Shown piece after piece: positions 44,849-54,310 of a DNA stretch of 64,000 nt; the first letter of the stretch is position 1; each line of letters starts with the position of its first letter. Origin of the DNA: a virus; the IMG/VR virus record IMGVR_UViG_3300046817_000369; one strand, given 5' to 3'. The notes under the pieces are model-generated. The model was not told the origin of the DNA and searched no databases. It saw only the letters and a list, made by a program, of their open reading frames with translations. The translations under genes were made by a program, and so were the position numbers.

Positions 44849-45628
44849 ATGCTGACCGGAGAGATGGGAGCGGACCTCGCCACCGCGCAAAGATTGAACA
44901 GCCCGCGCGTTGATCTCGCCTCGGCGCTGGACCCGAACCTGCTGACGGACTACCTGGACGAACAGTATGCCAGTCACCGCGCCGCCGCCGTCGTCTTGTG
45001 CGACCGTTACGAGCGGTTCCTGGTAGCCACCAAGGACGGCATCGCGGATGAGCACATCTGCGGCATCGCCACGGATTTCAGGGAGCAGGTCAAGGCCGGG
45101 ATCGCGGATTGCGACAAAACCAGATCCGCCATCAAAGCCCCGGTTTTGCAGGCCCAACGGCTCATAGACGGTGCCGCGAAGGCAATCTCAGATCCGCTCG
45201 CCAACCTGCTGCCGATCATCGAGCAGCGCATCGCCGCCTTCCTCGCCGCCAAGGCCCGCGCCGAGCGCGAGGCGGCGGAGCGGGAGGCGCAACGCCTCGC
45301 CGCGGCGGCGCTTGATGCCATGCACCAGAACGACCACGGCGAAGTGACCAATGACGTGGCCATCGAGGCGCTACAGGCCGCGCAAGAGGCCGAGGCGCGG
45401 GCGACGGCATCGCTGCCGGAACTGTCGCGGGTGCGGTCGGTGCATAACTCGGTCGCCGGGTTGAGCGACAACTGGGAATATGGAATCACGCACCCGGACC
45501 TCGTTCCGCGCCAGTTCCTGATGGTGAACGACGCCGCGGTGAAGGCCGCCATTAAGGGCGGCGCGCGGGAGATACCGGGGCTGAGTATCTTTAATTCGCC
45601 CCGCGTTTATACGCGGAAGGGTCGATGA
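44849..45628 (+). CDS. Coiled-coil phage protein with Gp157/Gam-like C-terminus
   Basis: DLVPRQFLMVNDAAVKAAIKGGAREIPGLSI. Confidence 0.55.
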   Translation: MLTGEMGADLATAQRLNSPRVDLASALDPNLLTDYLDEQYASHRAAAVVLCDRYERFLVATKDGIADEHICGIATDFREQVKAGIADCDKTRSAIKAPVLQAQRLIDGAAKAISDPLANLLPIIEQRIAAFLAAKARAEREAAEREAQRLAAAALDAMHQNDHGEVTNDVAIEALQAAQEAEARATASLPELSRVRSVHNSVAGLSDNWEYGITHPDLVPRQFLMVNDAAVKAAIKGGAREIPGLSIFNSPRVYTRKGR

Positions 45629-45843
45629 TGGCGCGCGATCTTGAGGCAGGCTTGTTCGTCCGTGTTTGGCCGACCGGCGAGATCGGCATGGTGATCGACC
45701 TGGACTCGCCTCGCGTTGGCATCATGTTCGTGAGCAATGGGCCGTATCACTATTACGATCGCGAGAAACTGATCCCGGCGACACGGGCGCAGATCAGGGA
45801 CGCCGGACTGGAAAGCGTCGGCTGCGTCGAGCCACCGGAGTGA
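45625..45843 (+). CDS. Small SH3-like protein
   Basis: LEAGLFVRVWPTGEIGMVID. Confidence 0.45.
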   Translation: MMARDLEAGLFVRVWPTGEIGMVIDLDSPRVGIMFVSNGPYHYYDREKLIPATRAQIRDAGLESVGCVEPPE

Positions 45844-46046
45844 GTGCCGCCACATACAACCGCCGAGGATGGCGAACGACGGCACCGTACCATGGCGAAT
45901 GCACCCGTGTAACGCTGCGTCTGTCACCGGAGGTCGCCACCAAAGTCAAACAGTCAGCCGATCACGCCGGCCTTCCGGTCAACGTGTGGATCGCGACATG
46001 GCTCGCGGAAATAACAGAGATACATCAGAAAGGGACAATGACATGA
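45840..46046 (+). CDS. Arc/RHH-like protein
   Basis: RVTLRLSPEVATKVKQSADHAGLPVNVWI. Confidence 0.55.
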   Translation: MSAATYNRRGWRTTAPYHGECTRVTLRLSPEVATKVKQSADHAGLPVNVWIATWLAEITEIHQKGTMT

Positions 46047-46234
46047 AGTTCACGCCAATCAGCAAGGCAGCGGCGGACGCGGGAATGCGGGCGCACGAAC
46101 TGTATCTCGCCAGTCAGGACGCGATTGAACTGGCGGAGCATGTGAACAAGGAAAGCGCCGACGCGGCGGCCATCGACGCGATGGACGAGGCGCGGGTGGC
46201 GTATAACGAATACCGGGCGCTGCTGCTAAAATGA
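46043..46234 (+). CDS. Hypothetical protein
   Basis: ATGA-coupled; helical. Confidence 0.5.
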   Translation: MKFTPISKAAADAGMRAHELYLASQDAIELAEHVNKESADAAAIDAMDEARVAYNEYRALLLK

Positions 46235-46581
46235 GGCTCCTGGTATGCGGCGGCCGTGATTTCAGAGACGATGCCCTGTTGTCCGCTCATCTCGACGCGG
46301 TTCACGCCGACAGGCCGATATCCTGCGTTATTTCTGGTGCGGCCTCGGGAGCGGATCATTTGGCTTACAACTGGGCAAAGGCCCGAGGCATAGATGTCGT
46401 GGAATTTCCGGCGGACTGGAAAACACACGGGAAAGCAGCCGGGCCGATCCGAAACCGAAAAATGATCGTTGAAGGAAAACCGGATGAGGTCATCGCGTTT
46501 CCGGGTGGTCGCGGGACCGCCGACATGAAACGCGCGGCTCTGGCCGCTGGTATTCCAACATGGAGTTACCCTAACGGGTAA
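46231..46581 (+). CDS. DUF2493/YspA-like SLOG-family protein
   Basis: MRLLVCGGRDF...VISGAASGADHLA...HGKAAGPIRNRKM...IAFPGGRGTADM. Confidence 0.85.
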   Translation: MRLLVCGGRDFRDDALLSAHLDAVHADRPISCVISGAASGADHLAYNWAKARGIDVVEFPADWKTHGKAAGPIRNRKMIVEGKPDEVIAFPGGRGTADMKRAALAAGIPTWSYPNG

Positions 46582-46634
46582 TGGGCGAGGCGGACGGCCC
46601 GGATGGTCCGCGCAAAGTGTGAAAGGTTGAAACA

Positions 46635-47390
46635 ATGGCTTTCGGCATACCAGGCTCAGAGAAATCCTCGGGTGAATTCTTAGGCAGAATACAGTACGAT
46701 ACCCGCGTCGGCTTCTGGCAGACCGTCAAACGCGCCCAGGACGCCGATGGCAACTGGGTCGATGATAAAGGCGAGCAGTTCAAGAATCCCACGATGCTGT
46801 TCGATTTCGCGACACTGGAAATCGGCTACATCAAATTCGCCGTGCCGCCCGCCTTCCTGGTCGTCCCTTACGGCCAGTCCGTGCCGCCGCAACCGCAGGA
46901 GATGATGGCGGACGCGCAAGGCAAGCAGCGCAAATCCTTCCTGCCCGGCTTTCGTCTCAAGGTCGCCTCGCAAAAGGTGTTCGGCGACGCCAACGCCTAC
47001 TACTTCGCGCACAACGCCAAGACCGTCCTGGAACCGATGGACGAACTCTACCAGATTTACGAACAGTCGCCCGAAGCCGCGATGGGCAAGGTGCCGCTGG
47101 TGGAAGTGACCGGCACCCGCATTGTCGAAGTCAGAAGCGGCCAGGGCACCAACCGTTATCACGCGCCGATCTTCGTCATCAAGGCGTGGTATGATCGCCT
47201 GCCGGTGTTCGGCGACCGTCTGGTGCCCGCGCCACACGCCACCAACAACAGCGTTCCGGTGCAGCCCACACGTCCCGTCGCACCGCCTCCCCCTCCACCG
47301 CCACCGGTTCAGCCCGTCGTGCCGCCAGCGGCCTCGACCGGCGCGCGGACGATGGCGGAAGAGATGCCTTTCGGCCCGATGATGGACTAA
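46635..47390 (+). CDS. Putative ssDNA-binding/recombination protein
   Basis: Beta-rich core, Pro-rich linker and acidic-aromatic tail (EEMPFGPMMD); replication-module position. Confidence 0.5.
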   Translation: MAFGIPGSEKSSGEFLGRIQYDTRVGFWQTVKRAQDADGNWVDDKGEQFKNPTMLFDFATLEIGYIKFAVPPAFLVVPYGQSVPPQPQEMMADAQGKQRKSFLPGFRLKVASQKVFGDANAYYFAHNAKTVLEPMDELYQIYEQSPEAAMGKVPLVEVTGTRIVEVRSGQGTNRYHAPIFVIKAWYDRLPVFGDRLVPAPHATNNSVPVQPTRPVAPPPPPPPPVQPVVPPAASTGARTMAEEMPFGPMMD

Positions 47391-47420
47391 GCGATACCGT
47401 CACGGAACCTTTCGGTTCCC

Positions 47421-47430
47421 GTGCTATAAT
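47421..47430 (+). promoter_or_regulatory. Extended -10 promoter TGcTATAAT
   Basis: GTGCTATAAT perfect consensus in an intergenic region of a GC-rich genome. Confidence 0.55.
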
Positions 47431-47466
47431 AGTCTCGGGCGCGAGCCCACATTGCTCAGTCACCTT

Positions 47467-47496
47467 AGCCCCGGCCTCGCGCCGGGGTTCTTTTAT
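47467..47496 (+). terminator. Rho-independent terminator
   Basis: GCCCCGGC-loop-GCCGGGGT followed by TCTTTTAT. Confidence 0.7.
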
Positions 47497-47562
47497 GTCA
47501 GGAAGGCGACAGACGGAAGAAGGGTGTTGACTGGTGCATATTGTGTATGTAGCGTGCACCAC

Positions 47563-47772
47563 ATGACCGACCGATTGAACATGCGCCTCCCGATCGAAGT
47601 CCGAACCACCGTCGATCGCATCGCGGGCGAACGCGGGCTCACGCGAACCGCCGTCATGCGTCAGGCCCTCGGCTTGTTCCAGGCGGCGCACGACGGCGCC
47701 AAGCAAGGCCACTACATCGGCCTGACCAAGAATCCGGAAAACCTGGACACGCTGCTCGTCGCCCCGCTCTGA
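47563..47772 (+). CDS. Ribbon-helix-helix (CopG-like) protein
   Basis: RLNMRLPIEVRTTVDRIAGERGLTRTAVMRQAL; TTGACT -35-like hexamer upstream. Confidence 0.7.
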   Translation: MTDRLNMRLPIEVRTTVDRIAGERGLTRTAVMRQALGLFQAAHDGAKQGHYIGLTKNPENLDTLLVAPL

Positions 47773-47881
47773 GGCGCCGATAAAAGACTGAGCAATAAAG
47801 GAAACGGCCAATGATGCGCGTCCGTTCAACCATGCCTGATTCCATGATCCGCGGCGCCGCCAGCGTCGCGGAGTAGCCGCG

Positions 47882-48265
47882 ATGCCCTTATCACCGGAGG
47901 ACCGCGAACGACTGGCGAAGCTGCTCGCCATGTTCTCGTCCACCTTCACCGGCGAAATCCTCAACGCGGCCCGCGCCGCCGAACGGCTGGTGAAAGCCCG
48001 CGGCGAAACCTGGGAAAGCGTGATCGTCTTCTCGCAACAGGTCGATCCGCCTCCACACCGGCCCACCCAACCAAAACCCAAACCGCACCGGTCCGCCTTT
48101 CAGGACGAAATCGACGCCTGCATGGCGAAAGCCAACTTCCTGACCGACTGGGAACGGAACTTCCTGACCTCGATCTCCGACCGATGGTCGCTCACCGAAA
48201 AGCAACAGGCCCGATTCGATCAGATCAAAGCCAAGGTCGCGCGCTATCAGGACATGGACTTTTGA
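47882..48265 (+). CDS. Hypothetical phage protein
   Basis: RERLAKLLAMFSS..GEILNAARAA; LTDWERNFLTSI..LTEKQQA. Confidence 0.65.
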   Translation: MPLSPEDRERLAKLLAMFSSTFTGEILNAARAAERLVKARGETWESVIVFSQQVDPPPHRPTQPKPKPHRSAFQDEIDACMAKANFLTDWERNFLTSISDRWSLTEKQQARFDQIKAKVARYQDMDF

Positions 48266-50472
48266 GTACCCCATGGCACGCCGACGCCAGCGAGATCGGC
48301 CGCTTTGTTCGTGCCCTGTTCGCCTACGCCGAATCCGACACCTACATCAGCCTGCGCGCCTTCGATCAGTTCGACCGGATGGCGCCGCCTAAGTTCATCC
48401 GCCCGATCCGCGTCAACGGACACATAGAAGATATCATCCGCGAGGCCACGGTCGCCGCCGAGGACACCGCGCAATTCGATGATGCCTCCGTGTTCTGTCC
48501 GCCCATCGCCACGTTCACGCGCGCCTACACCGCCGCCGGCACGGCACTGGCCAACGGACTTACCCTGTCCGTGGAACTGGATGACACCGACCCCGACGCG
48601 GCCCGCGCTCGCCTGGAAGGGATCATCGGACCCCTTACCGTCCTGATCCGGTCCGGCTCCGACTGGATCGATCCGGCCACGGGAGAAATCAAGCCGAAGG
48701 TGCATTTGCACTGGCGCCTGACCGAACCGACCACGACCGATGAAGATCACGCCAGGCTCCGGCAGGCACGGACCCTGGCATCCCTACTGGTCGGCGGAGA
48801 CCCAACCGGCAAACCCGTTGTTCACCCCCTACGCTGGCCGGGTTCCTGGAACCTGAAAACCACGCCGCGCATGGCGACCATCGCGGTACTGAACGATGCC
48901 GCCGAAATCAACCTGACCGACGCGCTCGAAGCCCTGGAACTGGCCGCCGATGCCATTGGGACCGTTCGCCATGACGCCATGCCGGGCACCTCATCCACCC
49001 CCGAGGCGAGGTTGTCCGACGTACGATCGGCCATGGCGGCCATACCCAACCCGGACGACATCGAGCCAGGAAGCCTGCACTACGATCGATGGGTCACGTT
49101 CGGATACGCGATCTATCGCGCGACCGGCGGCGCGCCGGAAGGCTTCGAGGTCTTCGATAACTGGTCTCGCCTGTCGGATAAGTATGAAAGAAAGGGGCCG
49201 GGTGAGACACTGAAGACGTGGCGGGCCATCGCCAGTTCCGTGAAGGGTGGCGCGCACTCCCGACCGGCCGGCGCGGGGACCATCTTCTTTCATGCCACGG
49301 CGAATGGATGGGTGCGCCCTTTCCCTTTGGGATATACGGGAAACGGTCATGATTCCAATGGGTTCCATGATGAGACAAATGGGACAGAAAGCGGGACAAC
49401 AAATGGAACAGCGGACACGCTGCCACCCATTCTCACGGCCCGCCAGTTCCTCGATACGTTCACCGTTCCGGATTACCTGATCGATGGTATCGTCCAGCGA
49501 GGCCGGGTTTACGCCCTCACATCACCGACCGGACACGGCAAGACAGCGGTAGCCTTGTTGCTCGGTTGCATGGTCGCCATCGGGCGGAACATCGGGAACA
49601 TGGAAGTGGAACAAGGCCATGTCCTGTTCCTGGCCGGCGAGAACCCCGACGACCTGACCGCGCGCTTTCATGCCGCCTGCCAGACCTACGGTCTGACCGA
49701 TCCCGATCATCTGCCGATCCATTTCATGCCGGGTAATTTTCCCGTCACACCTGAAACCGCCGAATTGCTCAGGGGAAAGATCGACGCCACCGGGAACACC
49801 TACGGACTGATCATCGGCGATAGCGTCGCGGCCTACTTCTCCGGCGAAAATGAGAACGACAACGTGCAAATGGGAGCCTGCGCCCGAAACTGGCGGATAC
49901 TCTCGAAATGCCGCGGAACGCCGGCCGTGATCGCGCTGTCACACCCCGTCAAAAACCCCGACCGGGAAAACCTGCTCCCGCGTGGGGGTGGCGCGTTCAT
50001 CGCCGAAATCGACGTGAACCTGACCCTATGGGCCGAGGGGGAGCGGGAAACCACGTCGCTCCATTGGGCCGGAAAAATCCGGGGTGCTGATTTCTCGCCG
50101 GTCAATTTCGCGCTTGTTCCAGTGAAACTCATTGATAAGGCAGATAAAAAAGGCAGACCGTTCATGTCCGTGGTCGCCACGGTACAGTCCGAGGAACAAG
50201 CGCAAAAAGTACGGGAAACCGCCATATCAGATGAGAACGTGGTGCTGGACTGGCTCCGCCGTCACCCTGGCATAACCCTACGGACCATCGCCGAGAACGC
50301 GGGATGGGTGACGATCGAGGGGAGGGCACAGTCCTCCAAGGTTCACCGTCTCCTGAAAAGCCTGCGAACAAACAAACTGGTCAAAAACTGGCGCGGGAAA
50401 TGGGTCATCACCGACGCGGGAATGCACGAATTAAACCCGTCTCACAAACGAGAAACGTCTCATGAAGCCTAG
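48262..50472 (+). CDS. Primase-helicase (RepB/AEP-like N-terminus, PriCT-2, AAA_25/RepA helicase)
   Basis: VELDD and KVHLHWRL primase motifs; YDRWVTFGYAI..FDNWS..SDKY (PriCT-2); SPTGHGKT Walker A; LIIGDS Walker B. Confidence 0.85.
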   Translation: MSTPWHADASEIGRFVRALFAYAESDTYISLRAFDQFDRMAPPKFIRPIRVNGHIEDIIREATVAAEDTAQFDDASVFCPPIATFTRAYTAAGTALANGLTLSVELDDTDPDAARARLEGIIGPLTVLIRSGSDWIDPATGEIKPKVHLHWRLTEPTTTDEDHARLRQARTLASLLVGGDPTGKPVVHPLRWPGSWNLKTTPRMATIAVLNDAAEINLTDALEALELAADAIGTVRHDAMPGTSSTPEARLSDVRSAMAAIPNPDDIEPGSLHYDRWVTFGYAIYRATGGAPEGFEVFDNWSRLSDKYERKGPGETLKTWRAIASSVKGGAHSRPAGAGTIFFHATANGWVRPFPLGYTGNGHDSNGFHDETNGTESGTTNGTADTLPPILTARQFLDTFTVPDYLIDGIVQRGRVYALTSPTGHGKTAVALLLGCMVAIGRNIGNMEVEQGHVLFLAGENPDDLTARFHAACQTYGLTDPDHLPIHFMPGNFPVTPETAELLRGKIDATGNTYGLIIGDSVAAYFSGENENDNVQMGACARNWRILSKCRGTPAVIALSHPVKNPDRENLLPRGGGAFIAEIDVNLTLWAEGERETTSLHWAGKIRGADFSPVNFALVPVKLIDKADKKGRPFMSVVATVQSEEQAQKVRETAISDENVVLDWLRRHPGITLRTIAENAGWVTIEGRAQSSKVHRLLKSLRTNKLVKNWRGKWVITDAGMHELNPSHKRETSHEA

Positions 50473-50672
50473 AATGTTGCTGGAACATGACGAATTCTTG
50501 TCCTTTATACAGTTCATTCGGGACATAAAATGAAAAAAACCCAGGTCTCTCTAGGTTGTCCTCTGGAACAGAGGGTGAGGACAGCCCCTAGGAAAGCAGT
50601 TGTTTGTCCTGCTGTCTTTCCTAGGGGTCCCCATGGAACAAGGACAAAAACAGATTGTTATTGGAGGTAAGC

Positions 50673-51386
50673 GTGTCTAACACAAACAGGATACGGACAG
50701 ACGAGGACGCGCTGCGATTCAAGTTGGCCCTCGTGCCTGTCGATGCCGCCTTCCATGCCAGCGAGCAGCGATGGGGCGTCGGCCGCCTCGAACGCCTGGT
50801 CTCCCCGGCCACGCTCGCCGCGTACTCGCGCGGCTGGACCGCCTACGCCGCCGCCCTGAACGACAGCGACGGACCCGCCATCGAAGCCATCGGCCCCAAG
50901 ATGACCCGGATGCTCGAAATCATGGGCGCCGAAGCCGAAGCCGCCGGCCACCAACCGCTCGCCACCGAAACCTGGGAAACCGAACTGGGGCACACCGGAA
51001 CAACGCTCGTCATCTGCCGCACCAAGGCCGAAGCCAGCCATGTCATCCGACAGGCCAACGGAAACAGGTTCACGGCAACGCCTGGAGGCGGGCTACAGGT
51101 CGAGGGGCAGGCGGAGACCACCCTACCTCCCGATATCGCCGTGACCGTCCGCCACCAGCACGAGGGACGCCGCCTGGATGTGTGGTGCCTCGATGAAATC
51201 GCCAACCTGATCCTGGCTCATGGCTCCGTCGCCCGCGAAAAAGGCAAATGGGAGGGAACGCCAGCCCACTCCGGCGTCCAGATGGACGAAGGTGCCCCCG
51301 CCGAGATCGTCAGGAACGGTTATCCGTTGGAAAGCGCGCTCGCCATGACGGACGAACTACCGAAAAAAGTCGCCCTGGACTTCTGA
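50673..51386 (+). CDS. Hypothetical phage protein
   Basis: GGAGG RBS before GTG 50673; EQRWGVGRLERLV motif. Confidence 0.65.
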   Translation: MSNTNRIRTDEDALRFKLALVPVDAAFHASEQRWGVGRLERLVSPATLAAYSRGWTAYAAALNDSDGPAIEAIGPKMTRMLEIMGAEAEAAGHQPLATETWETELGHTGTTLVICRTKAEASHVIRQANGNRFTATPGGGLQVEGQAETTLPPDIAVTVRHQHEGRRLDVWCLDEIANLILAHGSVAREKGKWEGTPAHSGVQMDEGAPAEIVRNGYPLESALAMTDELPKKVALDF

Positions 51387-51466
51387 ACCGGAGCCGCCCG
51401 CATGACCCTCATCCAACCCCTCGCCCTCGCCACCCTCACCGCCGCCACCCTGGTCGCCGCCCTCAC

Positions 51467-51628
51467 ATGATCCCCTGGCAACTCGCCGCGGGCGTGGCCC
51501 TCGTCCTCGCCGCGCCATGGGCCTGGCCTTACAATCCCCACACGCCCCCGTGGCGGCCACTCCTCTCGACGCTCATGAGCACAACCGGCGGATACCTCTT
51601 CGGCTACCTCGCCGGCCTGATATCATGA
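51467..51628 (+). CDS. Small membrane protein
   Basis: MIPWQLAAGVALVLAAPWAW...GGYLFGYLAGLIS. Confidence 0.45.
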   Translation: MIPWQLAAGVALVLAAPWAWPYNPHTPPWRPLLSTLMSTTGGYLFGYLAGLIS

Positions 51629-51939
51629 CCCCCCTGGAATATGCCGCGAGCGCCTCCTGGAACGCCACCAGAGCGCCCATGAGCGCCACATGGGACGAAC
51701 TGGCCGCCTGCCAACCAGGCAGCCCCGGAGCCCGATGCCAGGACCGCCACCGCGCCATCGTCCGCGCTGCCCTGGCCGCCACCAGGGAGGCAAGCGACCA
51801 GATGATCGATGCGATCCACTCGACGCACAGGCCGGGATGGGATGTCTCGTGGCGTTACATCTGGGAAACCATGCTCGACGCTCTCCTGGCCGAACAACCG
51901 GAGCCGCCCACCCCGGCCTCCCCGATCCACCAACCGTGA
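51625..51939 (+). CDS. Hypothetical protein
   Basis: ATGA-coupled. Confidence 0.5.
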   Translation: MTPLEYAASASWNATRAPMSATWDELAACQPGSPGARCQDRHRAIVRAALAATREASDQMIDAIHSTHRPGWDVSWRYIWETMLDALLAEQPEPPTPASPIHQP

Positions 51940-52031
51940 CCTACCCACGGACATGCCCCGCGCGCCTTCCTACAATCCCGTACACGGCGCGAATGCCCAT
52001 CCCTTACCATCTGACCATGCAGGAGAGCGAA

Positions 52032-52334
52032 ATGGCCTACCAGTTCATTATCTCAACCGACCCGAAAACCGGCGCCGACCTCGCCTCATGCGATGGCTTC
52101 CACGCCAAATCCTCCCGGTCATGCGCCGCCCGTGTCCTGGCCAGGATGCTCATGGACGCGGAATGGGCGGATGGACCAACCGAAGCGAGGGGAACCGATG
52201 GCCGCCTTCGCTATACCGTCAAACGCCTGCACGCCTTCGCCATGACCCGGCTGGTGGAGAACCCAACCATCGCCATTAAGCCATTCACCCAAACAGACTT
52301 CTCGAATTTTCGCGACCAGGACGACGCCACATGA
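52032..52334 (+). CDS. Hypothetical protein
   Basis: AGGAGAG RBS before ATG 52032. Confidence 0.55.
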   Translation: MAYQFIISTDPKTGADLASCDGFHAKSSRSCAARVLARMLMDAEWADGPTEARGTDGRLRYTVKRLHAFAMTRLVENPTIAIKPFTQTDFSNFRDQDDAT

Positions 52335-52558
52335 CCGAAAACGACGAGACGACGGATCAGATCGAGATGCTCATCGGGACAATCATGCGCCGGGTCTGGA
52401 TGGACGAAGATGGCAACGTCCATTCTGAAATCGTCCCTCGGACAGAATGGGCCAGCGACCAGGATGATGCCGCCTGACAGACCCCGCACGCTACCCGACA
52501 CAACAAAAGCCCGAGGCGCGACCCTCGGGCTGCATGATCGTGACCGGGATCTTCGCCG

Positions 52559-52765
52559 TCAACCGCTCTCCTTGTCCAACGCCGCCAACGCCTCGCGCAA
52601 CGCCTCACGGGCCGGAGCGTTTGGACCATGGCGCGTTTCGCGCTGAGCGTTTGTTCGATCAATCCGTTCCAGCAACGCACGCGCCGCCGCGATCACCGCG
52701 TCCTGACGCTTCATCTTGTCCAGTAGCCGGGTCAGCGTGCCGTCCGCTAAATGTGATATCGCCAT
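52559..52765 (-). CDS. Hypothetical early protein
   Basis: GGAGGG RBS; helical. Confidence 0.45.
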   Translation of the reverse strand: MAISHLADGTLTRLLDKMKRQDAVIAAARALLERIDRTNAQRETRHGPNAPAREALREALAALDKESG

Positions 52766-52767
52766 CG

Positions 52768-52980
52768 TCAACCCTCCGTCGGTGCCCGAATGCTCCATGT
52801 CGCATCCGGGCGGTGTATCCGAACCACCGCCCGCCGGTGGTCCTCCGACAAACGACGCGCGAATTGCTCCGCCCACGCATCGCTATCGCCTGCCCGAACC
52901 CACTTCTCGCGCTTCGGCTGCCCCGTCTCAATGTTGAACTCGGAAGTCGCGATGCTGAATGTGTAAGTCGCCATCGTCAT
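52768..52980 (-). CDS. Hypothetical early protein
   Basis: GGAGAA RBS. Confidence 0.5.
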   Translation of the reverse strand: MTMATYTFSIATSEFNIETGQPKREKWVRAGDSDAWAEQFARRLSEDHRRAVVRIHRPDATWSIRAPTEG

Positions 52981-53044
52981 TCTCCGTCAGCCGCTCGCGT
53001 CGTGCCGTTGGCACACATTATGTCCTTCCGGGACGACGCGGGGG

Positions 53045-53293
53045 TTAAATCGCGATGACTTCAACCGGATCGGCCCAGTCGCAGGCATCCCCCTCATCCC
53101 ACCGATCTTCCCCGTCCAGCGCGTCCCACGCCTCTGTCGTGTCCCACGCGACACGATACTCACCACCATCCGGGCCGGTCGCGTGCGCGTAGTAACGCAC
53201 TCCGCCATCCGTCCCGTAATTGTCGCAATATGCATCCTGCGTCAGCGTGTAGGTAATGCCGTTGAACTCAACCGTTCCGTGATCCTGTGTCAT
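53045..53293 (-). CDS. Acidic early protein
   Basis: TVEFNGITYTLTQDAY...YRVAWD...DACDWADP. Confidence 0.6.
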   Translation of the reverse strand: MTQDHGTVEFNGITYTLTQDAYCDNYGTDGGVRYYAHATGPDGGEYRVAWDTTEAWDALDGEDRWDEGDACDWADPVEVIAI

Positions 53294-53377
53294 CTCATCA
53301 TCTCCATCTCTGCCGCGGCGAAACGCGTCGTGGCCTCTGGCCCCATACTTGACCCCAACGGGGTCCGCGCGGGGGTG

Positions 53378-53617
53378 TCAGGCCGTTTCGTCAGCAGGCC
53401 GCGGAACCCAACCCTTCCGGCCAAATCCCGCCGCCTCCAAAACAACCCACGCCCGACCCTCGGCCCATTGCCGCTCCTGCCATACCAATAACCGCCGGCC
53501 ACCCTTCCCCACACGCTCGATCCGACGCGCCCGGCCATTCCCGCGAACCACGATCCGATATTCCCCACTGTCCAGAATCACCGGAACCTCACGCTCGCCC
53601 TCCGCTAAAGTGGTCAC
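53378..53617 (-). CDS. Hypothetical early protein
   Basis: Coupled to upstream ORF. Confidence 0.45.
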   Translation of the reverse strand: MTTLAEGEREVPVILDSGEYRIVVRGNGRARRIERVGKGGRRLLVWQERQWAEGRAWVVLEAAGFGRKGWVPRPADETA

Positions 53618-53820
53618 CGGTCCCGCCTCCGCTGCTCTTCCAGCAATCGAACCTGCTTTTCCTGTAACCGAATTAAATCCCGCATGTCATCGTGCCGCTG
53701 CTGCTCAACCTGCCGCGCGTCAACGTCGCGAAACCAATCATGCAACGCCTGGTGCGGGTCCACCTGCGCCATGGCCGAACCACCCGCCAGGCACAACACC
53801 ACCGCCAATATGGTTTTCAT
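53614..53820 (-). CDS. Small secreted protein
   Basis: MKTILAVVLCLAGGSAMA|Q signal peptide. Confidence 0.6.
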   Translation of the reverse strand: MKTILAVVLCLAGGSAMAQVDPHQALHDWFRDVDARQVEQQRHDDMRDLIRLQEKQVRLLEEQRRRDR

Positions 53821-54089
53821 CGTTCCGTATCCCGTTCATCGTTTCGATACCGTTCCCGCTCCTCGCTGCTCCAAACCCGAACCGGCGGCGCCCGAGGCGC
53901 CGGATGCGCGATATGGTAAGCCGCCAGATCCTCAAGCCACGCCACGATCTCCCCAGGCACCGAATGCCGCCCACTCACCCAACGCTGCCCCGATCCCTCC
54001 CTTACCCCCGCCGCCCGGCCCAACGCCGAACCCGACCAACACAAAATCGCCAACGCCCGATCAAACCGCGACCTCAGATGGGCCGTCAT
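53817..54089 (-). CDS. HTH protein (paralogue of 56468-56680)
   Basis: ALAILCWSGSALGRAAGVREGSGQRWVSG...VAWLEDLAAYH. Confidence 0.65.
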   Translation of the reverse strand: MTAHLRSRFDRALAILCWSGSALGRAAGVREGSGQRWVSGRHSVPGEIVAWLEDLAAYHIAHPAPRAPPVRVWSSEERERYRNDERDTER

Positions 54090-54310
54090 CTTCCCGCCTC
54101 CCGATACCGCTCCATGCAACCCGCCACCGACGCCCGCCACACGCGATCCTCAGGCGTCGATTCAGCCGCCAACGCCCCAATCACCCCAAATACATACAGC
54201 GCTGTGTAAGGCCGCTCCCCAGCCTCGTGATGACACGCCCGGACCTGCTCATACCGCGCCCCACACCCGGCGAGCGACAACGCGCCCGCCAGGATCAATG
54301 CCCGTCTCAT
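54086..54310 (-). CDS. Small lipoprotein
   Basis: MRRALILAGALSLAG|C lipobox. Confidence 0.65.
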   Translation of the reverse strand: MRRALILAGALSLAGCGARYEQVRACHHEAGERPYTALYVFGVIGALAAESTPEDRVWRASVAGCMERYREAGR

